Counted from the stretch's first letter, positions 16,110 to 24,399 are shown. The stretch is DNA of 30,339 nt from a virus (IMGVR_UViG_3300012921_000065:1-30339), one strand, 5' to 3'. Numbers and translations: made by a program. Notes: generated by a model not told the origin, from the letters alone.

Positions 16110-18082
16110 TGCCGCACCTCTTGCGCCGCGCGCGCATCGCTTTGCGCGGCAAGCTGCGCCATTTTTGCTTCGTGGCCCGCGACGAGTTCCGTCATGCGCA
16201 TGCGATGCGTTTCGCGCGCGAATTCCATTTCCATGGCAGCGCGCTCGGCCTCTGCCGCCATGCGCTGCTGGTCGATTTGCGCTTTGACCGCCATTTCCTG
16301 CTGACGGCCGTGCATTTCGGCTTGCGAGACTTGCGCCTCCATTTGCGAGCGCTGAATTTCGGCCTGGGCCTTGATTTGCTCGGGGTCGGGCGGCGGCGGT
16401 TGCGGGTTCGCGCGCCGCTCTTCGACCTGTTGCGTGGTCTGCTGTTCCCAGGCGTCCAGCGCATCTTCGGCTTGCTTGCCGAGCTTGAACGGGCGCGCGA
16501 GACCCATAAACAGCTTGATCGCAACGTCGGGCGGCATGGCGCCGCTCTGCACCGCAGGCCCGATGGACTGAAAGAACGTGCCCGCGCCCTGGATAAACTG
16601 CCCGGCCTGCTGTTGGGCTTTTTGCACGTCGGCTTGGATGGTCGAATCCGTCTCGATATCGATGCGATACGAGCGCACGATGTCCGAGCGCAGTATCTGT
16701 TCCATTTCAGGCGTCACCTCTACGCCCGTCATCATGGTCAGGGTTTGCGCGCCGAATTTGGTCGCGATGATTTCCGCCTTCAAGCGCAGCAAGTCGCGGG
16801 CGTAGCGCTGCACGTCGCCTTGCTGCTCCTGCAAGCGCAAGCTGCCCCATTGCGCCTTAAGCTGCTGGGCGCCCAACGTCTCGTTGCTATCCGTCTGCCC
16901 GCGCATAACGTCGGCAACGCCGGTAATCTCGAAGATCGTCGCCTTGACTTGATCGCGCGCGAGATAGAGCTTTTCGAGAACGGCGATCACAACGTCAATC
17001 GGCCAATTCCAGACTGCGTTCGTCAAGCCGCCCTGCATGAACATTTCGACGTTTTCGGACGGCGTGTATTCGCCGTCTTTCGCCGACGCCATTTGCTCGA
17101 AAGCGCCTGCCATGGGCGCCGCATAGATGCCGCGCGCCTTCAAAACCGACGTAAGCGCGGTGATGCGCCGTGTGATGAGGTCAAGCTCTTCGGCCTGATC
17201 TTTGTACATGCGGTAGGGCTCGATGGGCTCCTGCGTATCCGTCGTCTCGATGGCGAGCATCGGGCGCGGGATGCAGAAAAAGCCTTCGAGGCCCAGCGTG
17301 TCCGGCTCTTTCTTGATTGGGCCAATTTTGTACGAGGGCGCGATAAACACAATCTCGCGCGCTTCCTTGTCCCAAATCTCCCAAACAGCCAAACGCTTGA
17401 ACACGTCCGGCGCTTGGTTGTCTTTGTCGTCTTGCTTGCCGTCAACGCGGCTATCGAGCGGGATACTGGCGCCGATGCGCGGATTGAGCGCGACGACCTG
17501 TTCGCGCGTCAGGAAGTGCCGAAACGCAATCCAGGGCGTTTTGGCCCATGTCGTGGCGGGTCCGATACGAAAGTCAGCCCAGTTGACCGGCTCGCATGTG
17601 ACGGCCTCGTAAACGACTTCCTTGCCGTCCGGCGACAGTTTCGGCTCGTACCGCACGCGGGACACGGCGCGACCCGGCAACAGCCTGTCCTTGGTTGCCG
17701 CGCGCATGACCGCGCTGAAATCGTAGTTGTCGACCGCAAACGAAAGCGCGCGCTCGATGACTTGCGCGACTTGCTTGTCGACAGGCTTGCCCGACATATA
17801 GCGCGGGCGAACGTCGGGGATCGGCGTCGAGTTGTAGAGCGCTGGCGCCAGCGTGTCGGTGTTCGTGGCGAGGATGTTGAAGCGCCGCGCACGCTTGCCG
17901 CCGTCCTTCGTCTGGTCGCGATACAGATTGACCGTTTCAGTCGCGCGCTTGCGCCAATCTTCCTCGAACTTGTCTTGAAGCTCGATGGCTTCGAGCCACA
18001 AGCGCACAAGCCCCGCGTCGCCCGCGCCCGCGTCTTCGCGCGTGTCGAATTGCGCGCCTTCTGCGGTTTCCTCAGCGGCCAT
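16106..18082 (-). CDS. portal protein
   Basis: 658 aa; FNILATN, FEITGVADVMRG, ETLGAQQLK; Q-rich C-terminal barrel as in P22-type portals. Confidence 0.9.
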   Translation of the reverse strand: MAAEETAEGAQFDTREDAGAGDAGLVRLWLEAIELQDKFEEDWRKRATETVNLYRDQTKDGGKRARRFNILATNTDTLAPALYNSTPIPDVRPRYMSGKPVDKQVAQVIERALSFAVDNYDFSAVMRAATKDRLLPGRAVSRVRYEPKLSPDGKEVVYEAVTCEPVNWADFRIGPATTWAKTPWIAFRHFLTREQVVALNPRIGASIPLDSRVDGKQDDKDNQAPDVFKRLAVWEIWDKEAREIVFIAPSYKIGPIKKEPDTLGLEGFFCIPRPMLAIETTDTQEPIEPYRMYKDQAEELDLITRRITALTSVLKARGIYAAPMAGAFEQMASAKDGEYTPSENVEMFMQGGLTNAVWNWPIDVVIAVLEKLYLARDQVKATIFEITGVADVMRGQTDSNETLGAQQLKAQWGSLRLQEQQGDVQRYARDLLRLKAEIIATKFGAQTLTMMTGVEVTPEMEQILRSDIVRSYRIDIETDSTIQADVQKAQQQAGQFIQGAGTFFQSIGPAVQSGAMPPDVAIKLFMGLARPFKLGKQAEDALDAWEQQTTQQVEERRANPQPPPPDPEQIKAQAEIQRSQMEAQVSQAEMHGRQQEMAVKAQIDQQRMAAEAERAAMEMEFARETHRMRMTELVAGHEAKMAQLAAQSDARAAQEVRQ

Positions 18083-18167
18083 AATGCGCGTCCCAAGCGT
18101 CGCGCCCGAGGAAGCAATCGGGCGTCGGGAAGTCGTGTTCCTTCGCGCGGACGATGAATTCAGGCAT
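18072..18167 (-). CDS. 31-aa hypothetical peptide
   Basis: TGATG-coupled; MPEFIVRAKEHDFPTPDCFLGRDAWDAHYGR; overlaps the portal start. Confidence 0.4.
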   Translation of the reverse strand: MPEFIVRAKEHDFPTPDCFLGRDAWDAHYGR

Positions 18168-18325
18168 CAGGCAAACGTCCCGTTGGCGACAAGCCAATCA
18201 ACGTGCGCGCGCGTGGTGCCGCCCTTGATGCCGAGATTGTAAAGCCGCATTGCGCGCGAGTAATGGCAGGGGTCGAGATTCGCGAGCATGATCGCGACTG
18301 CGCGGCTGGTGACGACGTAATCCAC
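18167..18325 (-). CDS. 52-aa hypothetical protein
   Basis: GTG in TAGTG overlap with the upstream stop; its own stop overlaps the next ATG. Confidence 0.45.
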   Translation of the reverse strand: MDYVVTSRAVAIMLANLDPCHYSRAMRLYNLGIKGGTTRAHVDWLVANGTFA

Positions 18326-18642
18326 TAGACCGACTGCCCGCGACGAATGGGCGAAAACCCGACGACGGTCGGGCCTGCCGCGCTGCCAATCGCGGCGACG
18401 CCGGTAATCGTGTCGTTTGCCTGCAAGATCACCTCGCCCATCGGCGGGATCAGCACGTCCGTCGTCAGCACGGCGGTCTGCGCGCCAACGCCCGCGCGAA
18501 CGGCGACGTAGAGCGTGGTGCTGGTGTTGCATGCGCGGATCGCATCGCAGCCCGTGCAATCGACCGTGCCGCCGACGCTCGACGCGGTTGCGGACACGAC
18601 AATGGAACCGCCCGGCGCGGCGGCGACGACGTTGCTGAGCAT
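18325..18642 (-). CDS. small beta-rich putative virion protein
   Basis: 105 aa, Ala/Val/Thr/Gly-rich, TGATG-coupled. Confidence 0.65.
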   Translation of the reverse strand: MLSNVVAAAPGGSIVVSATASSVGGTVDCTGCDAIRACNTSTTLYVAVRAGVGAQTAVLTTDVLIPPMGEVILQANDTITGVAAIGSAAGPTVVGFSPIRRGQSV

Positions 18643-18893
18643 CAGTTAAGTTCCTTCAATGCGCGCTTGACGGCCTTGCGGACGAAACGCTTGCGTTTGC
18701 GGTTGTACGCGCCGCGTTTAAAGCGCGGGCTATCGAAAAGCTTGAAGTTTAGATCGAAGTCCATCAACGCGCGGCTTTCGGCCAATGATGCCGCGTAAGC
18801 GCGCATAAACTTGGGCGACGCGAGAATGGTATCGGGCTTGCCTGCTGTGACACTCACACTCGCCAAGCATTCGACCCATTGATATTCTTGCAT
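18642..18893 (-). CDS. hypothetical protein with very basic C-terminus
   Basis: TGATG-coupled to terL; ends RKRKRFVRKAVKRALKELN. Confidence 0.6.
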   Translation of the reverse strand: MQEYQWVECLASVSVTAGKPDTILASPKFMRAYAASLAESRALMDFDLNFKLFDSPRFKRGAYNRKRKRFVRKAVKRALKELN

Positions 18894-20281
18894 CAATCCT
18901 CTGCCATTCTTGCGCGCTGCTTGCGCTTGATGATTTCGGCGAACGTCAGGCCGCTTTTCATGCTGCCGTCCGGCTGGCCGATGAAGTCGAATTTCTGCTC
19001 GGGCTTTGGGGGCGGCAAGCGCATTTCGCGCCACGCCAAGCCCAAATACCGAAACGCGGACCCGATATGCTCGGCCCAATCTTTGACCGGCGAATCGCGG
19101 AAGCGCTTAAAATCGTCGTCCCACTCGCGCCTGTAGCTGCGCAGCCCATCCAGCCCGTCTTTGCACCGCTCTGCATCAAAGCGCGCGATCTTGATCGTCT
19201 CGCGTCCCGCCGTGATGCCGTCGCCGACCGAGACCTTTTTGACCGGCACGGGCTTGCGGCCGTAGTCCTGCATCATCTGCACGCGGGTCCGCTTGGCGCC
19301 CCACGATTGATGGAAAATATCGTGGGGAACGTAATCGCGGCCCTTGTAGCCGCGCTCCGTCAGCCAGTCGCACCATTCTTCGAGGTCTTCGCTCGTCGGC
19401 CTGTAGAAGTCCACGATGTGCGGCACGTTGCCGACAATCTGGAAACACCAGATCGGGTTATTTGCGGGCGCGCCCAAGTCCCAAGCCGTATGCACGTCCA
19501 GACCCGGCACGATATCGACCTTGCCGACGCGGCCCGATTTTTCGGCGCGGTCCAGGTCGGCGCCCCAGTACGAGCCGATAAGCGCGCCCGCGAACGAGCA
19601 AAAGAATTCTTGCTCGACCAGCATGTCGGCCATTTCTTTGCCGAACAGCGCCTCGTATTCGCCGCGCTGCTCTTCGATTGCCTCCGGGCCGATGGCGCCT
19701 GTGTCCGCCGCCGACAGAACTTGCGTGAACCACTTGGGATCGGCCTTGAACCGATCCAGCATGGCCTTGACGTGGTTGTTGCCGCGCGGCGTGGTGATGA
19801 ACGATGCCCACCCGCCGTTTTCCGCCAAGATCGGCGCCAGATAGCCCCACGCAGCGGGGTTCGCAATCGCCCATTCCGATGCCGTCAACCCGACTGGCGG
19901 CGTGCCGACGAGGCTATCGTAGTTGTCCGACCCCACGACTTGCCACGTCGATCCATTCACGAACCGAATGAACATGTCGTTGTCGCGCGTGCTGGCGCGA
20001 ATCTCGGGCGGAAATGCCTCGTCAATGCGCCGCTTGCCCGAGTGCGGGTTCATGGCGTCCCAAATCGCTTTGCGGGCCTGCGCGTACTCGGGCAGCATAT
20101 GCCAATAGGTGCCGACGCGATTGAACGCGCCAACGGCATGCATCCGCAAATTGATGTCGTCCTTGCCCGCGCGACGATGCCAGACCAGCAGTTGGCGATT
20201 GCAGCCACCCAACCAGCTCTCCCACGCTGGCTTTTGGTAGTCGCGAGGCTCCCAATTATGGGGAAGTTGAATTTCTGCCAC
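18893..20281 (-). CDS. terL: terminase large subunit
   Basis: PRDYQ, Walker A WHRRAGKD, Walker B LTASEW, FITTPRG, RNase H-like WDLG and PHD motifs. Confidence 0.93.
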   Translation of the reverse strand: MAEIQLPHNWEPRDYQKPAWESWLGGCNRQLLVWHRRAGKDDINLRMHAVGAFNRVGTYWHMLPEYAQARKAIWDAMNPHSGKRRIDEAFPPEIRASTRDNDMFIRFVNGSTWQVVGSDNYDSLVGTPPVGLTASEWAIANPAAWGYLAPILAENGGWASFITTPRGNNHVKAMLDRFKADPKWFTQVLSAADTGAIGPEAIEEQRGEYEALFGKEMADMLVEQEFFCSFAGALIGSYWGADLDRAEKSGRVGKVDIVPGLDVHTAWDLGAPANNPIWCFQIVGNVPHIVDFYRPTSEDLEEWCDWLTERGYKGRDYVPHDIFHQSWGAKRTRVQMMQDYGRKPVPVKKVSVGDGITAGRETIKIARFDAERCKDGLDGLRSYRREWDDDFKRFRDSPVKDWAEHIGSAFRYLGLAWREMRLPPPKPEQKFDFIGQPDGSMKSGLTFAEIIKRKQRARMAED

Positions 20282-20525
20282 GCTGCACCACATTGACCGT
20301 CAGGTTGCCGTCTAGGCTTGCCTTGACCTCTGCGGGAACGATCTTGCCGAGCAGCGTCAAGAACGCCTGCGGGTTTTCGCGCGACTGTTTCACGAGGTAA
20401 TCGACGCCGCCCGCCTTGTCGAATGCCTGCGAAATAGCCTCTCGGATATCTCTGGTTAATTTATTTGCAGACCCCTTGGGTCGGCCTGGACCGCGCGCGG
20501 GGAGATTGGGTGTTGACGGGTGCAT
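20256..20525 (-). CDS. terS: terminase small subunit
   Basis: GRPKGSANKLT...GGVDYL...NPQAFLTLLGKIVP; immediately upstream of terL. Confidence 0.8.
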   Translation of the reverse strand: MHPSTPNLPARGPGRPKGSANKLTRDIREAISQAFDKAGGVDYLVKQSRENPQAFLTLLGKIVPAEVKASLDGNLTVNVVQRGRNSTSP

Positions 20526-20571
20526 TTCGTTACGGCGGGTTGCCGCCTCACAAAACAGAATTCATTGCGCC

Positions 20572-20601
20572 AAAGAAAAACCCCCGCTTTTTGGGCGGGG
20601 G
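20572..20601 (-). terminator. intrinsic terminator (tR'-like)
   Basis: CCCCCGC/GCGGGGG stem followed by TTTTTCTTT. Confidence 0.75.
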
Positions 20602-20637
20602 CTAGTCGCTGCGACGCGGCAGGCGAAGATGACACAA

Positions 20638-20683
20638 AACCTATTGCACTTTGGGCTATCTGTGCAACGTCGAATGTGTGCAA
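20638..20683 (-). promoter_or_regulatory. putative late promoter with TTGCAC repeats
   Basis: TTGCAC(20667-62)-N18-TAGGTT; inverted repeat TTGCAC..GTGCAA at 20644-20667 and a third copy at 20678-20683. Confidence 0.55.
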
Positions 20684-20686
20684 TCG

Positions 20687-20926
20687 TTATTCGCTTGGAG
20701 GTTGCGGGAGCGGCATCCAGTGGGTAGGCTGCGGCCAATTCGACGGCACAAAGACGGCTGGACCAGCCCACCAATTCCGCTCAATGAGGACGCCTTCGGC
20801 ATGCTGTTCGACCGCCCCCATCATTATGATCGGCGTCAAACTGTGCGGCGGCTCGCCCCAATACTTAAAACACAACAGAACCCACGTTCCATCCTTCGGC
20901 GCCGTCTCAATCGGTTGCCAATTCAT
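20687..20926 (-). CDS. DUF551-like protein
   Basis: WQPIETAPKDGT...PTHWMPLPQPP. Confidence 0.85.
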   Translation of the reverse strand: MNWQPIETAPKDGTWVLLCFKYWGEPPHSLTPIIMMGAVEQHAEGVLIERNWWAGPAVFVPSNWPQPTHWMPLPQPPSE

Positions 20927-21357
20927 GCCGCCGCCCTTTCCTCGTGCATCGCTTTGACCGCCACAAGCCCGTATGTCACGGCAAACACGGTCAGGGCTTG
21001 GCTATAGCGATATTTCGCCATACGCATTCCGCACCCCATGCCGGGAACGATCTTTTTCCACGGCACGTTCGCCGCCCTAGCCCAAATCAAGCTGCGATAC
21101 TCGTCCAAGTGCTTCGAAGCCATCGCGGCCACTACGGCGTCGTGAATGTCGATCCGCGCGCCAGTGAGTGTCCCAAAGCCTTTGACGGCATGGTTAAGCC
21201 CGTAGCTCTCGAAATAGTCGCGCACATGTTCGGGCATGGTGGACCTGAGCCGCGCCGGTCGCGGGTCGCTGGTCAACTGCGGGTGATAGCCCACGATGAG
21301 CGCGGTGCGGATCTGCTTTTTCGCCGTGTTGCGGATTACCCAAGATGCGCTTTTCAT
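20923..21357 (-). CDS. DUF6362-like late-gene regulator (sigma region-4-like HTH; Q position)
   Basis: STMPEHVRDYFESYG...RSLIWARAANVPWKKI...AKYRYSQAL; located just before the late promoter. Confidence 0.65.
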   Translation of the reverse strand: MKSASWVIRNTAKKQIRTALIVGYHPQLTSDPRPARLRSTMPEHVRDYFESYGLNHAVKGFGTLTGARIDIHDAVVAAMASKHLDEYRSLIWARAANVPWKKIVPGMGCGMRMAKYRYSQALTVFAVTYGLVAVKAMHEERAAA

Positions 21358-21394
21358 GTGCTGGCCTTTCGTGTTTCTGACGATCTTATGATGT

Positions 21395-21607
21395 TCACTT
21401 CCAAAACGGTTGCCCGCCCCAAACTTTGTAGAGGCCGCCGTCATCGCCCCTAATGACGAGCCAATTTCCATCAGGCGTCGGTATTGGCCCCAAATACATG
21501 CCGCCGCCATTGTAGAATTCGCCGTTCGGCATTTGATTTATTTCAGGCGGCCATTTTACGGCTGGATTTTTGGCTTTTCGAACTTCGTCCAAGTTAACGA
21601 CGTTCAT
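21395..21607 (-). CDS. hypothetical protein (70 aa)
   Basis: ATGA-coupled; MNVVNLDEVRKAK. Confidence 0.65.
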   Translation of the reverse strand: MNVVNLDEVRKAKNPAVKWPPEINQMPNGEFYNGGGMYLGPIPTPDGNWLVIRGDDGGLYKVWGGQPFWK

Positions 21608-21801
21608 CGTTTCATCCTCTTTCCAAACCGTTTCGTAGCTTCGTTCTTCAGTCCCTGCCGTAGCCAATCGTCGCTGATTTCGTCGGGGTGCAGCACCACG
21701 ATGCCTTTCTCGATCCATGCGCGTTGCCGCAGGGTTTCGATCTCGGCGGGATTCGTGGGGCCGCTTGGCACAAGGCGGGCGAGGTTAGATGTAAAAGACA
21801 A
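21604..21801 (-). CDS. hypothetical protein (65 aa)
   Basis: TTG start with AAGGAGG RBS; LRQRAWIEKGIVVL...DDWLRQ. Confidence 0.65.
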   Translation of the reverse strand: MSFTSNLARLVPSGPTNPAEIETLRQRAWIEKGIVVLHPDEISDDWLRQGLKNEATKRFGKRMKR

Positions 21802-22036
21802 CCTGTCCCTCCTTGACGACGTAAACAGTGTAAACCAAAAAGCAGATGGGCATGTCACCCCTTGCTTTAAGTGGCCTAACATCCCACGCATGGCACACGA
21901 CACCGGCGCTGTTAGCTTGTTCAATTGCCGCCCATGCGCGATCTTCGCTGCTGTACACACCAACCAAAATACGCTGTAACTTTTTAGCGCGTTTTGTTGT
22001 GACGGTAAAATTGATGCCTTTAACAGAAAAAGTCAT
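21785..22036 (-). CDS. hypothetical protein, AT-rich insertion
   Basis: Visibly lower GC than the flanks; start at 22036 or 22048. Confidence 0.55.
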   Translation of the reverse strand: MTFSVKGINFTVTTKRAKKLQRILVGVYSSEDRAWAAIEQANSAGVVCHAWDVRPLKARGDMPICFLVYTVYVVKEGQVVFYI

Positions 22037-22102
22037 GTCAGGCTGCATTGTCAGGCTCCGGCGGTTGCGGGCAATGGACGGTGCGGGCGAGGCTAGATTG
22101 CA

Positions 22103-22294
22103 TCACGGCAGCCCCGTCACTATGCGAGTTTCGAGTTTGACGACGCCCTTGATTTTGCCGCGCACCCTACCCGGCTCGCTTTCCAAAACCGCGATCCAGC
22201 TTTCCGCGAGACTGCGCGTCGTCCACGTCGAATCCCAGATAATCTTGCCGCGCGTGGTCACAAGACCCCACGTCGTGAATTTGCGCTTGGTCAT
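22103..22294 (-). CDS. hypothetical protein (63 aa)
   Basis: GGAG RBS; fits the operon. Confidence 0.6.
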   Translation of the reverse strand: MTKRKFTTWGLVTTRGKIIWDSTWTTRSLAESWIAVLESEPGRVRGKIKGVVKLETRIVTGLP

Positions 22295-22307
22295 GTCAAT
22301 GCTCCAT

Positions 22308-22490
22308 TCATATGCCCAAATCCTTCGCAGTCATTGGACGGCGAGGCCAGTGCTCTTCGTATAAATCTCCCAAAGATATTGGGGGCGGCAAAAAGAATTT
22401 CGGTTCGACGTATGCCGAAAACGGCGAGCGTTGTTTATCATAATACTCATGCCACCGCTCGCGCGCGCACTCCCAAACATCTACACTCAC
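22308..22490 (-). CDS. hypothetical protein (60 aa)
   Basis: GTGA-coupled; ends RPMTAKDLGI. Confidence 0.6.
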   Translation of the reverse strand: MSVDVWECARERWHEYYDKQRSPFSAYVEPKFFLPPPISLGDLYEEHWPRRPMTAKDLGI

Positions 22491-23206
22491 GCCGCGTCCT
22501 CCTGGCTATCGTCAACGCTATGGCTGTTTTCCGGGCCGCCCTGTGTGGTTGCCGCTGTACCCTGCATGGGGTGTAGCGGGCCATCATGCCGCACCGCTGT
22601 ACGGCGCTTATTCGCCGGTTTTCCCGATAGCGCCTCTTTGCGCGCTTCGTTGGCCGCTCGCAATTCCGCCATCGCGGCATCCGCCGTCGCCAATTCCTCC
22701 GGCGTGCGCTTGCGCTTCCGGGGTTCGACCGTGCCGAACATCTGCATTTTCAGCAGCCCGCTTTTGACCCTGTGGCGCGTGGCGATGTCGTCGGCGACGT
22801 GCGCGCGGATTGCGGCGGGCAGCGGCAGGCGGAACGTGTCGCGCGTCGTCGCCATCGCGGCGTCGAACGCCTTGCCGATCAAGTCAGGCGGGATGCTGGC
22901 GAGGCTCGCGAACGCGGCGGGCATGGCGCGCGGATCGTGGGGCACGTTGAACGATTTGGCCCACGCCGCCAGCCGGTCCAGTTGCACGGCAAGCGCGCGC
23001 TCGCCTGCGGGTCGCAAGTGCCAATCGCAGACCGCGAGCGCGTCAGGGATCGCCGCCGCCTGTTGCGCCGAAACCCAGCCCCCCGAGCCCTGGAACGCCG
23101 TCGCGGAATCCTTGAGCGAGAGCAGCGCGTCGATCTGCAACCGCGTCGGCGCTTGTGGCGTCGGCCGGATTGCGGCGCTGGGTGTTTTCGCGAGTTCCGC
23201 TGCCAT
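22487..23206 (-). CDS. replication partner (helicase loader / P-like) protein
   Basis: Directly downstream of the initiator; GAGG RBS; LASIPPDLIGKAF...FRLPLPAAIR helical motif. Confidence 0.6.
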   Translation of the reverse strand: MAAELAKTPSAAIRPTPQAPTRLQIDALLSLKDSATAFQGSGGWVSAQQAAAIPDALAVCDWHLRPAGERALAVQLDRLAAWAKSFNVPHDPRAMPAAFASLASIPPDLIGKAFDAAMATTRDTFRLPLPAAIRAHVADDIATRHRVKSGLLKMQMFGTVEPRKRKRTPEELATADAAMAELRAANEARKEALSGKPANKRRTAVRHDGPLHPMQGTAATTQGGPENSHSVDDSQEDAA

Positions 23207-23951
23207 TGGTCAATCCTCGTTCGGCTGTTTTCGTGATCCAATTTTGCCACGTCGCGCGCCAGCCTTTCGGCGTGCGCCGCGTGCCGCCGCCCTTGCCATC
23301 CGACCAGTACGCCGCGAATTTGGTCTGTTCGCGGGCAATCTCGACGGCGCTCAGGCCCATGCGCTCGGCAAAGCCGCGATCCGCGTCGTCGGCAACCCAG
23401 TCGCGCGGCAACGTCAGCGCGGGTTCGCGAATTTTTCGCGAAGCCGGTATCGTAGAGCGCGGTGATTCAGGATATAGCTCTAATCTATCTTCTGCGGTTG
23501 CGGTTGCGGGGCTGGTGTTGGGCTGGACGTTTTCACCAGGGGGGCTGGCTGCTTCATCCAGGGGGGCTGGCTGTTGGGCTGGTGTTGGGCTGGCTGGCAA
23601 AAGTTTGCCATCGGGGCCGCGCGCCGCTTTCGACGCCCGCGTTTTGCCGCCGCGCACCGATTGGTCGATCAGGTTTTGGGCGCGCGCCAATTCCTCGTCA
23701 ACGCGCTTGTGCCGCCACACGCCGTCCGCGATCTGGAAAAACGCGGACAGGGTTTCGCGCACGCCCGGCCAGTCCGCGCGCTCAACGCGGCAGATCGCAG
23801 CGAGCTTGCGGTCGTCGTCGGGCAGCGGGCCGCTCGTCCAGTAATTCATGATGGCCAGCAAATACGCGCCGTGCTCCTGCGCCGTCAGGTGCATCGTGTC
23901 CTTGAGATAGTCGCCGATCACGAGCGGCATGTAGGTGTCGGGCTTGGCCAT
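23043..23951 (-). CDS. replication initiator, DUF1376/YdaU family
   Basis: YMPLVIGDYLKDTMHLTAQEHGAYLL...YW, WRHKRVDEE; C-terminal KFAAYW...WRATWQNW. Confidence 0.88.
   Translation of the reverse strand: MAKPDTYMPLVIGDYLKDTMHLTAQEHGAYLLAIMNYWTSGPLPDDDRKLAAICRVERADWPGVRETLSAFFQIADGVWRHKRVDEELARAQNLIDQSVRGGKTRASKAARGPDGKLLPASPTPAQQPAPLDEAASPPGENVQPNTSPATATAEDRLELYPESPRSTIPASRKIREPALTLPRDWVADDADRGFAERMGLSAVEIAREQTKFAAYWSDGKGGGTRRTPKGWRATWQNWITKTAERGLTNGSGTRENTQRRNPADATSADAVADRRAALAQGFRDGVPGLGGLGFGATGGGDP
23471..23597. repeat. iteron array / putative replication origin
   Basis: GGGCTGG at 23509, 23520, 23542, 23564, 23576 and 23587 (spacing 11/22/22/12/11) beside an AT-rich tract, inside the initiator gene. 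Confidence 0.75.
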
Positions 23952-24148
23952 TACGCGCATCCCAGATCGGCCGCCGTCATCGCGCGGCCCGGTGGATCGC
24001 TGTTGCGCTCGCGCTCTTCCAGAATTTCAGTGCAAATGCGAATGCACGCGCCGCAAATCATCGCGGTTACACCGGCAACCATAAATCTGACTTCGGGGTC
24101 GGTGTTCGATTTGCCGCAGAAGCTGCACCAGAGTTTTTCGGCCATCAC
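23951..24148 (-). CDS. stand-alone ClpX C4-type zinc-finger protein
   Basis: CSFCGKS...VRFMVAG..AMICGACIRICTEIL matches the ClpX N-terminal zinc-binding domain. Confidence 0.88.
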   Translation of the reverse strand: MMAEKLWCSFCGKSNTDPEVRFMVAGVTAMICGACIRICTEILEERERNSDPPGRAMTAADLGCA

Positions 24149-24399
24149 TCGCCTCCCTCAGCAAGCGCGTCGTCGATCATGGCCTGCCAGCACGCAAGCG
24201 CGCCGTCGTCTTCGGCAGGCCATCGACCGGCGGCAAGCATCGCCTCGCTCGGCTCTCGCATTGCTGCGATTGCGGCGCGGGCTTGTGCCAGATACAAAGC
24301 GCGATGCGGACTGCCCAGGCTCAACGTCCAAACGTCATAGCCGGGGTCGCCTTGCTGTTCTTTGCAAATCGCCCGCGCGACCTTCTCGACCATGTTCAT
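24145..24399 (-). CDS. conserved hypothetical phage protein
   Basis: MVEKVARAI...ARAAIAAMREPSEAMLAAG. Confidence 0.8.
   Translation of the reverse strand: MNMVEKVARAICKEQQGDPGYDVWTLSLGSPHRALYLAQARAAIAAMREPSEAMLAAGRWPAEDDGALACWQAMIDDALAEGGE

Noticed and set aside
363-20525. Gene transfer agent
   Set aside because: Despite the GTA-type holin, the element has its own replication, immunity and podoviral structural genes
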